The notes beneath the pieces are model-generated. The model did not search any database and was not told the DNA's origin. It saw only the letters and a list, made by a program, of their open reading frames with translations. From positions 1 through 30,418 of IMG/VR virus record IMGVR_UViG_3300037991_003814: a DNA stretch of 30,418 bases; one strand, given 5' to 3'. The DNA comes from a virus. Lineage: Duplodnaviria > Caudoviricetes. Each line of letters starts with the position of its first letter. The first letter of the stretch is position 1. A program made the translations under genes and the position numbers. This document shows, one piece after another, positions 1 to 9,659 of this stretch.

Positions 1-81
1 GCTTCCTATAAATAAGACCACCTTTTGGGTGGGGGGGGTCAGCCCGACTTGCCTTATATTACCCGTCATAACCATCTGACT

Positions 82-543
82 ATGACTGCAAACCGAAAAG
101 CGGCGGCCTTGAAAGCTCTCCAGGGCAGCGAGAGACCGAGCCGCGAACTCACACCGATGCTCAAGAAGCTTCCTGAGAAGCCACGACCTGTGTTCACCCT
201 CAGCGACGCGGAGCTTGAGATCTACCAAAACCTCATCGAACACCTGAGCGAGTACCAACTGCTTCACACCGTGGACAGCATCGGACTCAGCGTCATGGCC
301 AAGAACATCGCCATCATGCGCTGGTGCGCGGATGAACTCGAAAGCATCGACGATGTAATCCAAGTCTTCGAGAATGGGACGAGCAACGTCAGCGGCTTGT
401 ACACGGCATACACCAAGGCGCAGCAATCCTTCCAGAGCATGATGAGCAAGTGGGGGCTGTCTCCAGTAGACCGTGAGAAGATTGCGGGCATGGTCATCGG
501 CCACGACGAGGATGATGTGTACGAGAAGTTGAAGGCGCAGTAA
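82..543 (+). CDS. terS: Terminase small subunit (P27-like)
   Basis: ATG at 82 lies inside track ORF 25..543. The N-terminus (ALKALQGSERPSR) and C-terminal 'WGLSPVDREKI' match the P27-type terS pattern (LGLTP..R). It is the first gene of the packaging module. Confidence 0.8.
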   Translation: MTANRKAAALKALQGSERPSRELTPMLKKLPEKPRPVFTLSDAELEIYQNLIEHLSEYQLLHTVDSIGLSVMAKNIAIMRWCADELESIDDVIQVFENGTSNVSGLYTAYTKAQQSFQSMMSKWGLSPVDREKIAGMVIGHDEDDVYEKLKAQ

Positions 544-884
544 TGCCCTATGTCAACAGGAAAGAGAAGCGCAGGCCGTGGAAGGCCAAGGCGAAGGGCA
601 AGAAAGCCAAGCCTCAGCAAGGTCGGACGTCCTCGCCCGATCGCCGCTACCACACATCCCAATGGCAACGCACGCGACTGCTCGTGTTGCAACGCGACCC
701 AATCTGCGTGCTGTGCGCCAAGCTCGACAGGGTCACACCAAGTCACGTCGCCGACCACCACCCACCCGTGCGCATGCGGTGGAACTGGCCTGACGACAGG
801 TTCTACGACATCGAAACAATCAGGGGATTGTGCGACCACTGCCATGCTAGGGTTAGTGGACGGCAAGCTCACGGAAAAGCATGA
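543..884 (+). CDS. HNH endonuclease (HK97 gp74-like terminase cofactor)
   Basis: Y..S.W...R...L.RDP.CxxC, 'VADHH' and 'LCDHCH' zinc/HNH motifs. The gene overlaps both terS and terL. Confidence 0.88.
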   Translation: MPYVNRKEKRRPWKAKAKGKKAKPQQGRTSSPDRRYHTSQWQRTRLLVLQRDPICVLCAKLDRVTPSHVADHHPPVRMRWNWPDDRFYDIETIRGLCDHCHARVSGRQAHGKA

Positions 885-2587
885 GTACGCTACCGACATA
901 TGCCCAGTATGCGGACGACATCACTTCGGGGAAGATCAAGTCGTCGAAGTACGTTAGGCTAGCCTGTGAGAAGTTCTTTGATCTCTTTGATGATGAGAGG
1001 TTCTACTTCGACTCGGATTCGGCCTCACGCTACATAGCCTTCTTCGACCAGTTCCTTCGCCACAGCAAGGGCAAGTTTGCAGGCCAACCATTCACGTTGC
1101 TGCCGTGGCAAGAATTCATAGTGGCCAACATCTTTGGCTGGAAGCATGTCGAGACGGGTCATCGCAAGTACCGCACCGCCTACATCCAAGTTGGGCGGAA
1201 GAATGGCAAGTCGACCTTGCTAAGTGGATTGAGCCTAGCTATGCTGGACTTTGACAATGAGCCTGGCGCGGAGGTGTACTATGCTGCCGTCAAGAGAGAT
1301 CAGGCCCGCATCGTGTTCGAGGAGGCCCAACGCATGGTCAAGGCCAGTCCTATCCTCAACAAGCGTATTGGGTGTCACCGTGCCAACATGCATGTGACCA
1401 AGACCAACAGCAAGGCGGAGCCACTTAGCAGCGACAAGAACAGCTTGGATGGTTTGAACAGCCACCTTGCCGTAGTTGACGAATACCACGCCCACCCAAC
1501 CAGTCACGTCTACAACGTGCTCAAGTCCAGCATGGGTTCGAGGCTACAGCCCTTGATGATGACAATCACTACAGCGGGGTTCAATGTAGAGGGGCCGTGC
1601 TACCAGTTGGCTCGGACATGCAAGGAGGTGCTAGAAGGAAAGAAAGAAGACGAGAGTCTGCTAGCCCTTATCTACGAGCTTGACGAGGACGATGACTGGA
1701 AAGATGAGGAGGTGTGGATCAAGGCGAACCCCAGCCTGCACGAAAGTATCAGCATGGACTACCTGCGTGAGCAGAGTGTACAGGCACGGAACTATGGCGG
1801 AGCAGAGGAAGTCAACTTCAAGACCAAGCATTGCAACCTCTGGGTACGCAGCGAGGTTACTTGGATTCAGGACGATGTGTGGATGGAGAACGAGCATGGT
1901 CGGTTCACACCCGAACAGGGTCAGCTATGCTACGGGGGTCTTGACTTGGCAAGCGTAAATGACTGGAGTGCGCTGTGCCTGGCTTTCCCAAGAGAAGATG
2001 GCGGGTATGACACGAAGCGATTCTACTGGCTACCTGAGGCTGCCGTCGAGCAGAGGCTGTACAAAGACGAGAACACCATCTACCTACAACTCAAGGATGC
2101 CACGGAGGTCACGGTGACGCCAGGCAACGTCTGCGACTACGACTACATCCGAAAAGCCATCAGCGGGTACTACGTTGAGAACGGGCAGGTCAAGTACGAT
2201 GAGGATTGCATCATGAGTCGGTACAACATCAAGAGCATCGCTTATGACCGATACAATTCCACGCAGCTAGTAATCAACCTACAAAACGACGGGGTGGAGA
2301 TGAGTCCCATGGGCATGGGTTTCGTCAGCATGAGCGCCCCCATGAAAGAATTGTACCGACTGGTGCTAGAGGGCAAGATTAACCACGAGGGCGATCCTGT
2401 GCTGCGGTGGATGGTAGGCAACGTCAGCGTGGCCTATGACCCAGCCCTAAACATGAAACCTGACAAGGCAAGGAGCGGAGACAAGATTGACGGCGTAGTG
2501 GCACTAGTCTGTGCCATCGGAGAGGCTATGACGTATGAAGATGACAACAACACACTTCCTGATGATTTCAACATACGATTCATATGA
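881..2587 (+). CDS. terL: Terminase large subunit (Terminase_1 / HK97-like)
   Basis: 'LLPWQEF' Q motif, Walker A 'GRKNGKS', Walker B 'VVDEYH', 'ITTAG' motif III, nuclease 'GGLDLA' and 'KIDGVVAL'. Confidence 0.97.
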   Translation: MSTLPTYAQYADDITSGKIKSSKYVRLACEKFFDLFDDERFYFDSDSASRYIAFFDQFLRHSKGKFAGQPFTLLPWQEFIVANIFGWKHVETGHRKYRTAYIQVGRKNGKSTLLSGLSLAMLDFDNEPGAEVYYAAVKRDQARIVFEEAQRMVKASPILNKRIGCHRANMHVTKTNSKAEPLSSDKNSLDGLNSHLAVVDEYHAHPTSHVYNVLKSSMGSRLQPLMMTITTAGFNVEGPCYQLARTCKEVLEGKKEDESLLALIYELDEDDDWKDEEVWIKANPSLHESISMDYLREQSVQARNYGGAEEVNFKTKHCNLWVRSEVTWIQDDVWMENEHGRFTPEQGQLCYGGLDLASVNDWSALCLAFPREDGGYDTKRFYWLPEAAVEQRLYKDENTIYLQLKDATEVTVTPGNVCDYDYIRKAISGYYVENGQVKYDEDCIMSRYNIKSIAYDRYNSTQLVINLQNDGVEMSPMGMGFVSMSAPMKELYRLVLEGKINHEGDPVLRWMVGNVSVAYDPALNMKPDKARSGDKIDGVVALVCAIGEAMTYEDDNNTLPDDFNIRFI

Positions 2588-2814
2588 AACCCAAGCGCAC
2601 ATGCGAGGAGGAGCTGGCCCTCGCTAAAAAGCTCAGCAGTCCCGAAGGCTTCTTGGAGGAATACCAAAGTCGCCTGTACGACTACACAAGGAACATCGAT
2701 GCTTACTACAGCGTGGAGGACGACTTCATGCGAATCTTCGGTCGGACGAGGTATAGCTGCTATCAGAGTTTCCACACGATTATGCGCCGCATCATCAAGA
2801 GTCGAACAAAGTAG
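2584..2814 (+). CDS. Hypothetical protein between terL and portal
   Basis: 76-aa ORF with an ATGA overlap to the terL stop. It fills the gap before the portal gene. Confidence 0.7.
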   Translation: MKPKRTCEEELALAKKLSSPEGFLEEYQSRLYDYTRNIDAYYSVEDDFMRIFGRTRYSCYQSFHTIMRRIIKSRTK

Positions 2815-2850
2815 TAGGCTTGATTGTCGTGATAGCCTATACTTGCGACC

Positions 2851-4092
2851 ATGGCTGAAAACCGCAATGGCCTCTTTGGCCGAATCCGCAAGGCATTTAG
2901 CCAGGACAAGCAGACGGAGGAGCGTTCATTTGCCAACGTGCATATGGGAGCGTCCTTCCCCTTCGTGCCGACTACGACTGGATTCTCACTTAGTGAGGAC
3001 GGAGCGTTAGCGGTCAGCGCAGTTTACGCTTGCGTCAACAAGATCAGCAGCACCATCGCCAGCATGGACCTGCACTTGTACGAGAAGGAAGAAGACGGCA
3101 AGCGCATGGTAGATGCGCACCCCAGCCTCTCCTTGGTGAGCATGGCTCCCAATGAGTACTTCAATCCATTTCAGTTCTTCCAGCACCTCGTAAGCGACGC
3201 CTTGATTCATGGATGCGGTTACGCCGAAATCAAGCGCAATGGCGCTGGCGACCCCATGAGCCTTGAGCTTATCTCACCCACGAAGGTCCGCATGAAGACC
3301 ATTGATGGCCGCCGCATGTACATCCACGAGGACTACAGCGACGCCTTCTACAATGATGACTTGCTGGTGGTAGAGTGCTTCCGTGGTCTCTCACCTATCC
3401 GTGAGCACATGGAGAACATCTCCTTGGGCTATGCTGCACAGATGTACGGCAGTAGCTTCTTTGGCAGCGGAGGCAACATGAGCGGGGTCTTGCATACGGA
3501 CAAGATCCTGACTGAGGAGCAGTACAACAGACTTATGCAGACTTGGGACGCTAAGTATCACGGGATGAACGCAGCGCACAGCACCGCCGTGCTGGAAGCT
3601 GGTCTGCGTTACGAGCGTGTAGGCATCCCGCCCGACCAATGTCAGTTCCTTGAGACCCGCAAGTATCAGGTCGAAGAGGTCTGTCGCATCTTCAATGTGC
3701 CTACATCAATGGTACAGATGGACGCGAACGTCAAGTACAGCAACCAAGAACAGCAAGACCTGTTCTTTGCTAAGCACACCATCGCACCGTGGCTTCGCAA
3801 CATTGAGCAAGAACTCAACAAGAAGCTGTTGAAAAAGGCAGAGCGCAACACGCGCATGTTCAAGTTCAACATGATGAGCCTGATGCGTGGTGACATGCAA
3901 GCCCGTGCCAACTACTACCAAACTCTCTTGTCTAGTGGCGTATTCTCAATCAATGAGGTGAGAGCCATGGAGGACAAGAACAAAGTGGCAGAGGGGGACC
4001 AGCACCTCGTCCAAGTCAACCAAATCCCATTGGACAGCATGGCTGCATATGCAGCGAGCATCACGGGATCAAAGCCTGAGAGCGATGGCTGA
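2851..4092 (+). CDS. Portal protein, HK97 family
   Basis: 'AVYACVNKIS', 'PNEY', 'GLSPI', 'QFLETRKYQVEEVCRIFNVP' and 'SINEVRAMED' are typical HK97 portal motifs. Confidence 0.96.
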   Translation: MAENRNGLFGRIRKAFSQDKQTEERSFANVHMGASFPFVPTTTGFSLSEDGALAVSAVYACVNKISSTIASMDLHLYEKEEDGKRMVDAHPSLSLVSMAPNEYFNPFQFFQHLVSDALIHGCGYAEIKRNGAGDPMSLELISPTKVRMKTIDGRRMYIHEDYSDAFYNDDLLVVECFRGLSPIREHMENISLGYAAQMYGSSFFGSGGNMSGVLHTDKILTEEQYNRLMQTWDAKYHGMNAAHSTAVLEAGLRYERVGIPPDQCQFLETRKYQVEEVCRIFNVPTSMVQMDANVKYSNQEQQDLFFAKHTIAPWLRNIEQELNKKLLKKAERNTRMFKFNMMSLMRGDMQARANYYQTLLSSGVFSINEVRAMEDKNKVAEGDQHLVQVNQIPLDSMAAYAASITGSKPESDG

Positions 4093-5326
4093 CACCTACG
4101 GAGGCTACCCTAAGGCTGCCCGTGCGGCTGCCCGTCGCGCCCTTAAGCACAAAGCTGACAAGGGGTCTAGCTGTGGCACGCCCGTAGGATGGGAGAGAGC
4201 CAATCAGATTGCATCAGGCGAGAAGCTTAGTCTGACAACGATTAAGCGCACCTTTAGCTTCCTGTCACGCGCTGGCGTGTACAACCAAGGTAAGTTCTAC
4301 GACGAGGACGGCAAGGAGATTTGCGGCAGCGTCATGTACGCAGCATGGGGTGGGACGAGCATGCGCAACTGGTGTTCAGGCATCATCAACAAGAGTAAGC
4401 GTAGCGCAGAGGAGGCCCGCAACATCACGGCCACGGTGAAGAAGACTTTGGAGGGTAAGGTGAAAGACCACAATGAAGGCAACCCCAAGCACAAGGCTAC
4501 ATACGGCATGTTGGCTGCCTGCTTCCGCCGTGGCATTGGAGCATACAAGACCAATCCAGAAAGTGTGCGACCCAGCGTCAAAAGCCCTGAGCAATGGGCC
4601 TTCGCCAGAGTCAACGCCTTTCTGTACGCTTTGCGTAACGAAAAGTTCAAGGGCGGTAAGTTTGACACCGACCTTTTGCCTAGCAGCCACCCGCTGTCTA
4701 GCAAGAAGAAATCAGAAAAAAAGAGCGACACTATGAACGACTTTGAAAGACGTTGCGGGGACATCCAGTTCCGCGATGAAGACGAGGGTCGTGTCGTTAC
4801 GGGTTACGCTGCTGTCTTTGACGAATCTACTCGCATTGGCGAGGTGGACGAGGTCATCAGCCGCGACGCCTTCAGCGACAGCCTCAATGACGATGTGGTG
4901 GCTTTGTTCAACCACGATATGAATATGGTCCTTGCCCGCAGCACGGGTGGCGAGGGCACTCTCCGTATGGAGATCGATGAGAAGGGTCTCAAGTACACCT
5001 TCCGTCTTGGCAATCAAACGTATGCCCGCGACTTGGAGGAATCCATCGCTCGTGGCGACATCAAGGGAAGCAGCTTTGCTTTCACCGTGCGGGAGGACCA
5101 GTATGAGCGCCAAGACAATGGCCGCTACCTCCGCCGCATTGAGAAAATCGGACGTCTCATCGATGTATCCGTTGTCTCAGTGCCCGCGTACCCACAGACA
5201 TCTGTGGCCATGCGCGACATGATTGGTGCTCTTGAGGCACAATCGCAAGAAGAAATTCCAACCTCTAAGGCTCATCTCGTGAAGCTGGCTGAGGCACAAT
5301 TGTCCATTCACAAACTAAAATCCTAA
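4085..5326 (+). CDS. HK97-type prohead protease with ~215-aa N-terminal extension of two extra modules
   Basis: The C-terminal part from ATG 4733 has 'VTGYAAVFD', 'ALFNHD', 'SSFAF' and 'DVSVVSVPAYPQT' (Peptidase_S78 pattern). The likely start is ATG 4085, overlapping the portal stop. Confidence 0.9.
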   Translation: MADTYGGYPKAARAAARRALKHKADKGSSCGTPVGWERANQIASGEKLSLTTIKRTFSFLSRAGVYNQGKFYDEDGKEICGSVMYAAWGGTSMRNWCSGIINKSKRSAEEARNITATVKKTLEGKVKDHNEGNPKHKATYGMLAACFRRGIGAYKTNPESVRPSVKSPEQWAFARVNAFLYALRNEKFKGGKFDTDLLPSSHPLSSKKKSEKKSDTMNDFERRCGDIQFRDEDEGRVVTGYAAVFDESTRIGEVDEVISRDAFSDSLNDDVVALFNHDMNMVLARSTGGEGTLRMEIDEKGLKYTFRLGNQTYARDLEESIARGDIKGSSFAFTVREDQYERQDNGRYLRRIEKIGRLIDVSVVSVPAYPQTSVAMRDMIGALEAQSQEEIPTSKAHLVKLAEAQLSIHKLKS

Positions 5327-5330
5327 CAGG

Positions 5331-6569
5331 ATGAAAAACTCTCTCTCTCTCAAAGAGGAGCGCGGTGCCAAAGTCGCAGAACTTGAGGCGCTCGTGCAGG
5401 GTGCGAAGGCCGCTGACCGCGACTTCACCCAAGACGAGGAATTGCGTCAAGCAACCCTCAACGATGACATTGCCGACCTCGACGGCAAGATTGCTAACGC
5501 GGAAAAGACTGAGGCTATCTTGGCCCGCAACGCTGCCATCACGGCTAGCGAGACTGCTGAGGATCGTGAGATCGCCAAGGTGCAGCGCAGCTACAGCTTC
5601 GGCAAGGCTATCCAAGAGGCCGCAAGCACTAAGGGCTTGACGGGCTTGGAAGCAGAGATGCACCAAGAGGCACGCAACCAGGCTAAGAACGCTGGTGTGG
5701 CCACTACTGGTAACCTCCAAATCCCCATCTTCGAGCAGCGTGCTAACGTTGTCGGAGCGGCTTCTTCTGTCAAGGGTACAGAGCAGCTCAACACTTTGGC
5801 TGCCTTGGTGCCTAAGCCTCTCATCGAGACCTTGGGTGCTCAGCGCATCACGGGCGTGTCAGGCGACATCAAGTTCCCTAAGTTGAACGCTGCCGCCACG
5901 TTGCAGACTGACGAGGCTACTACAGCTACCGAATCTGCTGGCTTCGACACTGCTGTGACGATGTCTCCCGAGCGTGTTGGTGCTCGCCTCGACGTCTCTA
6001 ATCAGACGTTGGCTCAGCTCAACGGAAGCTTGGAGGCTGTCTTGGCTGGTCAGATTGCCAACGAGATTGGCTCTGCTGTGGACCGCATGTTCTTCTCAGA
6101 GGTGGTCGGCAATATCGCTGACGACGCTACTGCTGGTACGGCCGCTGCCTTGCCTACATACGCTGAATTGACAGCCTTGGAAGGCACGGTGGGTGATGCT
6201 CACGCTTTGGGCAACAACTGCGCCTACGTCACCACTCCTGGTATGCGCGCCCTCTTGGCGGGTCAGGGTAAGTTCGGTGCTGGCTCAGGTCAGGCGTTCA
6301 TCGAGAACGGCCAGCTCTACGGGTACAACATCGCTGCTACCAACATCGGCGAGTTCAGCAACGCAACCGCTGAGGTTGTGGCCTTGGTGTTCGGTGAGTT
6401 CTCTCACGCAGCCGTTTGCTACTGGAATGGTTTGGATCTCTTGATTGATCCTTACACTGAATCTCCGAAGGGCATTACGCGGATGGTGGCCCAAGTGTAC
6501 GCTCAGGCTAAGCCTATGTACTCAGGTGCATTCACCAAGGTTCTCCTCGACGACGACTTTGCAGCGTAA
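5331..6569 (+). CDS. Major capsid protein, HK97 fold
   Basis: Follows the protease. It has an N-terminal coiled-coil delta domain (~110 aa) and a C-terminal 'LVFGEFS...LDLLIDPYT' pattern, and is followed by a terminator. Confidence 0.93.
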   Translation: MKNSLSLKEERGAKVAELEALVQGAKAADRDFTQDEELRQATLNDDIADLDGKIANAEKTEAILARNAAITASETAEDREIAKVQRSYSFGKAIQEAASTKGLTGLEAEMHQEARNQAKNAGVATTGNLQIPIFEQRANVVGAASSVKGTEQLNTLAALVPKPLIETLGAQRITGVSGDIKFPKLNAAATLQTDEATTATESAGFDTAVTMSPERVGARLDVSNQTLAQLNGSLEAVLAGQIANEIGSAVDRMFFSEVVGNIADDATAGTAAALPTYAELTALEGTVGDAHALGNNCAYVTTPGMRALLAGQGKFGAGSGQAFIENGQLYGYNIAATNIGEFSNATAEVVALVFGEFSHAAVCYWNGLDLLIDPYTESPKGITRMVAQVYAQAKPMYSGAFTKVLLDDDFAA

Positions 6570-6589
6570 TAGCTGATTGAACAAACAAG

Positions 6590-6621
6590 AAAGGGGGAGG
6601 GAATGTCCCTCCCCTTTTTTT
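6590..6621 (+). terminator. Rho-independent terminator after the capsid gene
   Basis: GGGGAGGGA-ATG-TCCCTCCCC stem-loop followed by a T7 tract. Confidence 0.85.
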
Positions 6622-6638
6622 CTCTTAAAACACCGCAC

Positions 6639-7205
6639 ATGGAATTCTACACAAGAACATTAGTGGGAGCAACCTCTGATTGGATTACCCGTGACGAGGC
6701 CAAGGCTCACTTGCGCGTAGATTTCACTAGCGACGATTCATACATCGATTCATTGCTTGCGGCATCACAAGAAGCTTGCGAGAAGATTCTTGGTTTCCCC
6801 TTGGGCAACCACACTCATGTAGGATACGCTAGTGAGTTCAGTCGTGTCATCTTCTTCCGTCAATGCAACCTCTACCAAAACCCCACGGTGGAGTACAAGA
6901 ACGCTGCTGGGTCATATGTGACTCTGGGGCAGTCGGACTACAAGTCAAGCAACAAGTCGTATCCTGGCCGCATTGTCTTTGCGGACACATTGCACCTCTC
7001 CAACGAGCACCACGACCCAGAATGGCTGAAGGTTACGTGGTCTAGCCGATATCAGACCACTCCCGACCTCGTCAAGCAGGCAGGGTTGATGATTATCGGT
7101 CATTTGTATGAGATGCGTCAAGACGTTGGATACAGCCGCGTCTTCGAGGTTCCTATGAACAGCAAGTACCTCCTTGAGAAGTACCGCAAACAATCCTTCG
7201 TATGA
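6639..7205 (+). CDS. Head-tail connector (gp6/gp15-like adaptor)
   Basis: 'ITRDEAKAHLRVDFTSDDSYIDSLLAA' and 'VKQAGLMIIGHLYEMR' motifs. ATG 6639 is preferred because the upstream ATG lies in the terminator loop. Confidence 0.9.
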   Translation: MEFYTRTLVGATSDWITRDEAKAHLRVDFTSDDSYIDSLLAASQEACEKILGFPLGNHTHVGYASEFSRVIFFRQCNLYQNPTVEYKNAAGSYVTLGQSDYKSSNKSYPGRIVFADTLHLSNEHHDPEWLKVTWSSRYQTTPDLVKQAGLMIIGHLYEMRQDVGYSRVFEVPMNSKYLLEKYRKQSFV

Positions 7206-7558
7206 ACCTGAACTTAGGCCGTTTCGATCGGGAGATTAAGATCTACAAGCCTACCTCAGGTGGGCGTGGAGCATTCAATGAGGAGCGCAATGAATTTACG
7301 TTGCACCTCACGTGCTTTGCGTTCCGCAGGGACATCGAGTGGTCTACCATTGGGGAAGAGGTACACGGCAAGCAATTGGTCGTAGAGGCTCGTACCGAGT
7401 TCTACATCAAGGGTTGGCGAGACACCTTCTCAGAGAGAGCTATCGTGCTCTACAATGGCAACTACTACGAGATTACGCGTATCGACGAGATGGAGCGCCG
7501 TCGTTACACACGCATCCTCTGCCTCCGTCGTGACAACTGGACACCTACAATCGTATGA
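7202..7558 (+). CDS. Head closure / head-tail joining protein
   Basis: 'LGRFDREIKI' N-terminus and 'YNGNYYEITRI' C-terminus, plus synteny. Confidence 0.82.
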   Translation: MNLNLGRFDREIKIYKPTSGGRGAFNEERNEFTLHLTCFAFRRDIEWSTIGEEVHGKQLVVEARTEFYIKGWRDTFSERAIVLYNGNYYEITRIDEMERRRYTRILCLRRDNWTPTIV

Positions 7559-8118
7559 GCAGGCTATCGAGCGGGACATATGGTGTGTCGATGAAGTTCG
7601 ACACCACAGCGTTCAAGAAGTTTGCTGAGGACTTGAAGAAGCTTGACCTCAAGGACCGAAAGAACTACATGCAGCAGGCTTGCCGCCATGCTGCTGTGCC
7701 CGTTCGCGATGCCATGAAGATGTATGCCCCGACTGGGGATAGAGGTAAACTCAAGAACAGCATCGATACAACGGACCTCGCAGCGACGGGCCTAGGCTCT
7801 TTCTATGGTGTTCGTGTCGGACCTATCATCCGTGGTCGGAGCAAGAAGAAGGTCAACATCGCACACTTGGTCGAATTAGGTACGACGAAGCAAATTAAGC
7901 GCCCCCGCAAGGGCAAGAACCGCTTTACCTTCCCCAGCCGCAAGAACCCTGGCAAGATTGTGGTGACCCCACGCATCTTCCATGGTCGCAAGGCAGACAG
8001 CTATGTCGCCAAGGCAAAGAGAGGAAAAGAGCAAGTGGTGTACTCCCGTCTTCAAGACAAGATGAAAACCTTGCTCGAAACCAAGATTCGTAAAGCCCTT
8101 AAAAAGAAGTACTCATGA
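7555..8118 (+). CDS. HK97 gp10-like neck/tail-completion protein
   Basis: 'APTGDRGKLKNSI' and 'AHLVELGT' motifs, basic composition, synteny. Confidence 0.82.
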   Translation: MSRLSSGTYGVSMKFDTTAFKKFAEDLKKLDLKDRKNYMQQACRHAAVPVRDAMKMYAPTGDRGKLKNSIDTTDLAATGLGSFYGVRVGPIIRGRSKKKVNIAHLVELGTTKQIKRPRKGKNRFTFPSRKNPGKIVVTPRIFHGRKADSYVAKAKRGKEQVVYSRLQDKMKTLLETKIRKALKKKYS

Positions 8119-8531
8119 TTCACGTAGTTATCGAGCTTCTCAAAACCGTGACTGCTGTGACGGACCTCGTGCCGAGCACAAGCATCATGCCCGTCAAAGG
8201 AGAGCAAACCGTGGAGAGACCTCACATCATTGTGGATCTCTTGAGTACGGACCTCGACCGCACGAAGGAAGGCATGGTCTTCGAGACTTACAACATTGAG
8301 GTGTTCATCGCGCACACCAGCATCTTCCAAGCCTGGCGCATCCACGAAGCTTGTCGCACTCGTCTGGACAACTACACCAATGACAACGCTAGTGTCTTGA
8401 CCCTTGGGCCTTACGACATCAAAATCATTCGCCTAGCGGACATCAGCACAGATGCCCATGAGCTAGACGACTTCTACATCATCAGAACAATCTACGCCTT
8501 GGAGATGGACAAGTGGACGGGCAACGCCTAA
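8115..8531 (+). CDS. Tail terminator protein (putative)
   Basis: Size and position between the gp10-like gene and the tail tube gene, with an ATGA overlap. Confidence 0.65.
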   Translation: MIHVVIELLKTVTAVTDLVPSTSIMPVKGEQTVERPHIIVDLLSTDLDRTKEGMVFETYNIEVFIAHTSIFQAWRIHEACRTRLDNYTNDNASVLTLGPYDIKIIRLADISTDAHELDDFYIIRTIYALEMDKWTGNA

Positions 8532-8600
8532 TCCAACCTAGTTTGTCATCAGGCTTAATAATAAATCGAACTTTCTCTTTCAATTCTAATCTAACAGATC

Positions 8601-9098
8601 ATGGCAACTACAGGATCAGTACAAGGCAACATCGTTGGCCTTTACATCGACGACGCCAACGCAGACGTTGACGGCTCGGACTTCACCGATGGCACGACCA
8701 TCGATACCGCTCAGTACCACTTGGTAGGGGCAAGCACAAACGCTAGCATCAGCATCAACAACGCGTCTTACGAGACCGTGTTCAAGACCACCTCTGCTGG
8801 TGCGGAGGGCGTTGGCAGCAGCGCGCGTAGCTACGGCATCGGCGCTCAGAGCGCAAGCATGAGCATCGAGGGTGTTGTCGCTATGGACGGCAGCTACAAC
8901 ATTGAGTTCTTGGCAGGCTTGGCTATCGACAAGTCCAAGGTCACAGTGGTGTGGGCCACAAACGACGGAGCAGACTACGCTTTGGCTGGGTCAGGCTTCA
9001 TCACCTCTTTCGAGGCTAGCGGCGGCGTGAATGACTTCACGACCTATAGCTGCACCATTGAGCTTGACGGCGACGTAAGCGAGATTAACGCAGCCTAA
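8601..9098 (+). CDS. Major tail tube protein
   Basis: Beta-rich sequence with 'ASISIN', 'SMSIEGV' and 'GSGFITSFEASGGVNDFTTYSCTIELDG' (Phage_tube_2/TP901-type pattern), plus synteny. Confidence 0.85.
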   Translation: MATTGSVQGNIVGLYIDDANADVDGSDFTDGTTIDTAQYHLVGASTNASISINNASYETVFKTTSAGAEGVGSSARSYGIGAQSASMSIEGVVAMDGSYNIEFLAGLAIDKSKVTVVWATNDGADYALAGSGFITSFEASGGVNDFTTYSCTIELDGDVSEINAA

Positions 9099-9101
9099 GA
9101 C

Positions 9102-9623
9102 ATGGCTAGTACAGCGGGAAGTCTAAAAGGCAACAACCTTGGTGTGTACATTGACCGAAGGGTCACCCTCACCGAGGAGCAAGGAATGGAGAACTGGGAC
9201 ACCTTTGAGCCATTCTACAACCACCCTGCTGGTGGAGGCAGCATCAATGCCTTCACATGGATTCCCGTTGCGTACAGCAGCAATGCTACCATTAGCATCA
9301 ATACTGAAGTGCGCAAGTACATACAGCCTGTCATTAAGGCAGACCGCACGGAGAATAAGAGAACAGGAGTGACTAGTGCCACGATTTCGGTCGATGGCCT
9401 AGTCGCTCTTGATCACAGCAACTTCGATTTGGAAGAACTTGTTGATCACTTGATTAACAAGGAGAAACTAATCGTCGCTTGGTCTACCGACAACTACGAT
9501 GACTATGCCATGTTTGGCTTTGCTTATCTGTTGTCTCTGGAGGCCAACGCACCTGTAAACGGCTTTGTCGAATACTCGGCCTCTTTTGAGATATCGGGTA
9601 AACTTCTGGAATTCTATCCCTAA
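9102..9623 (+). CDS. Second tail-tube-like protein (paralogue of 8601..9098)
   Basis: Collinear similarity to the upstream gene from start (MASTAGSLKGNNLGVYID) to end (APVNGFVEYSASFEISG). Confidence 0.8.
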   Translation: MASTAGSLKGNNLGVYIDRRVTLTEEQGMENWDTFEPFYNHPAGGGSINAFTWIPVAYSSNATISINTEVRKYIQPVIKADRTENKRTGVTSATISVDGLVALDHSNFDLEELVDHLINKEKLIVAWSTDNYDDYAMFGFAYLLSLEANAPVNGFVEYSASFEISGKLLEFYP

Positions 9624-9659
9624 GCGATAAAGCTTATATTGTGGCGTAAATCAATCACC

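Noticed and set aside
264-899. 211-aa antisense ORF (and similar antisense ORFs at 4297, 11454, 17673 etc.)
   Set aside because: These are shadows of well-supported + strand genes, with no recognisable motifs.
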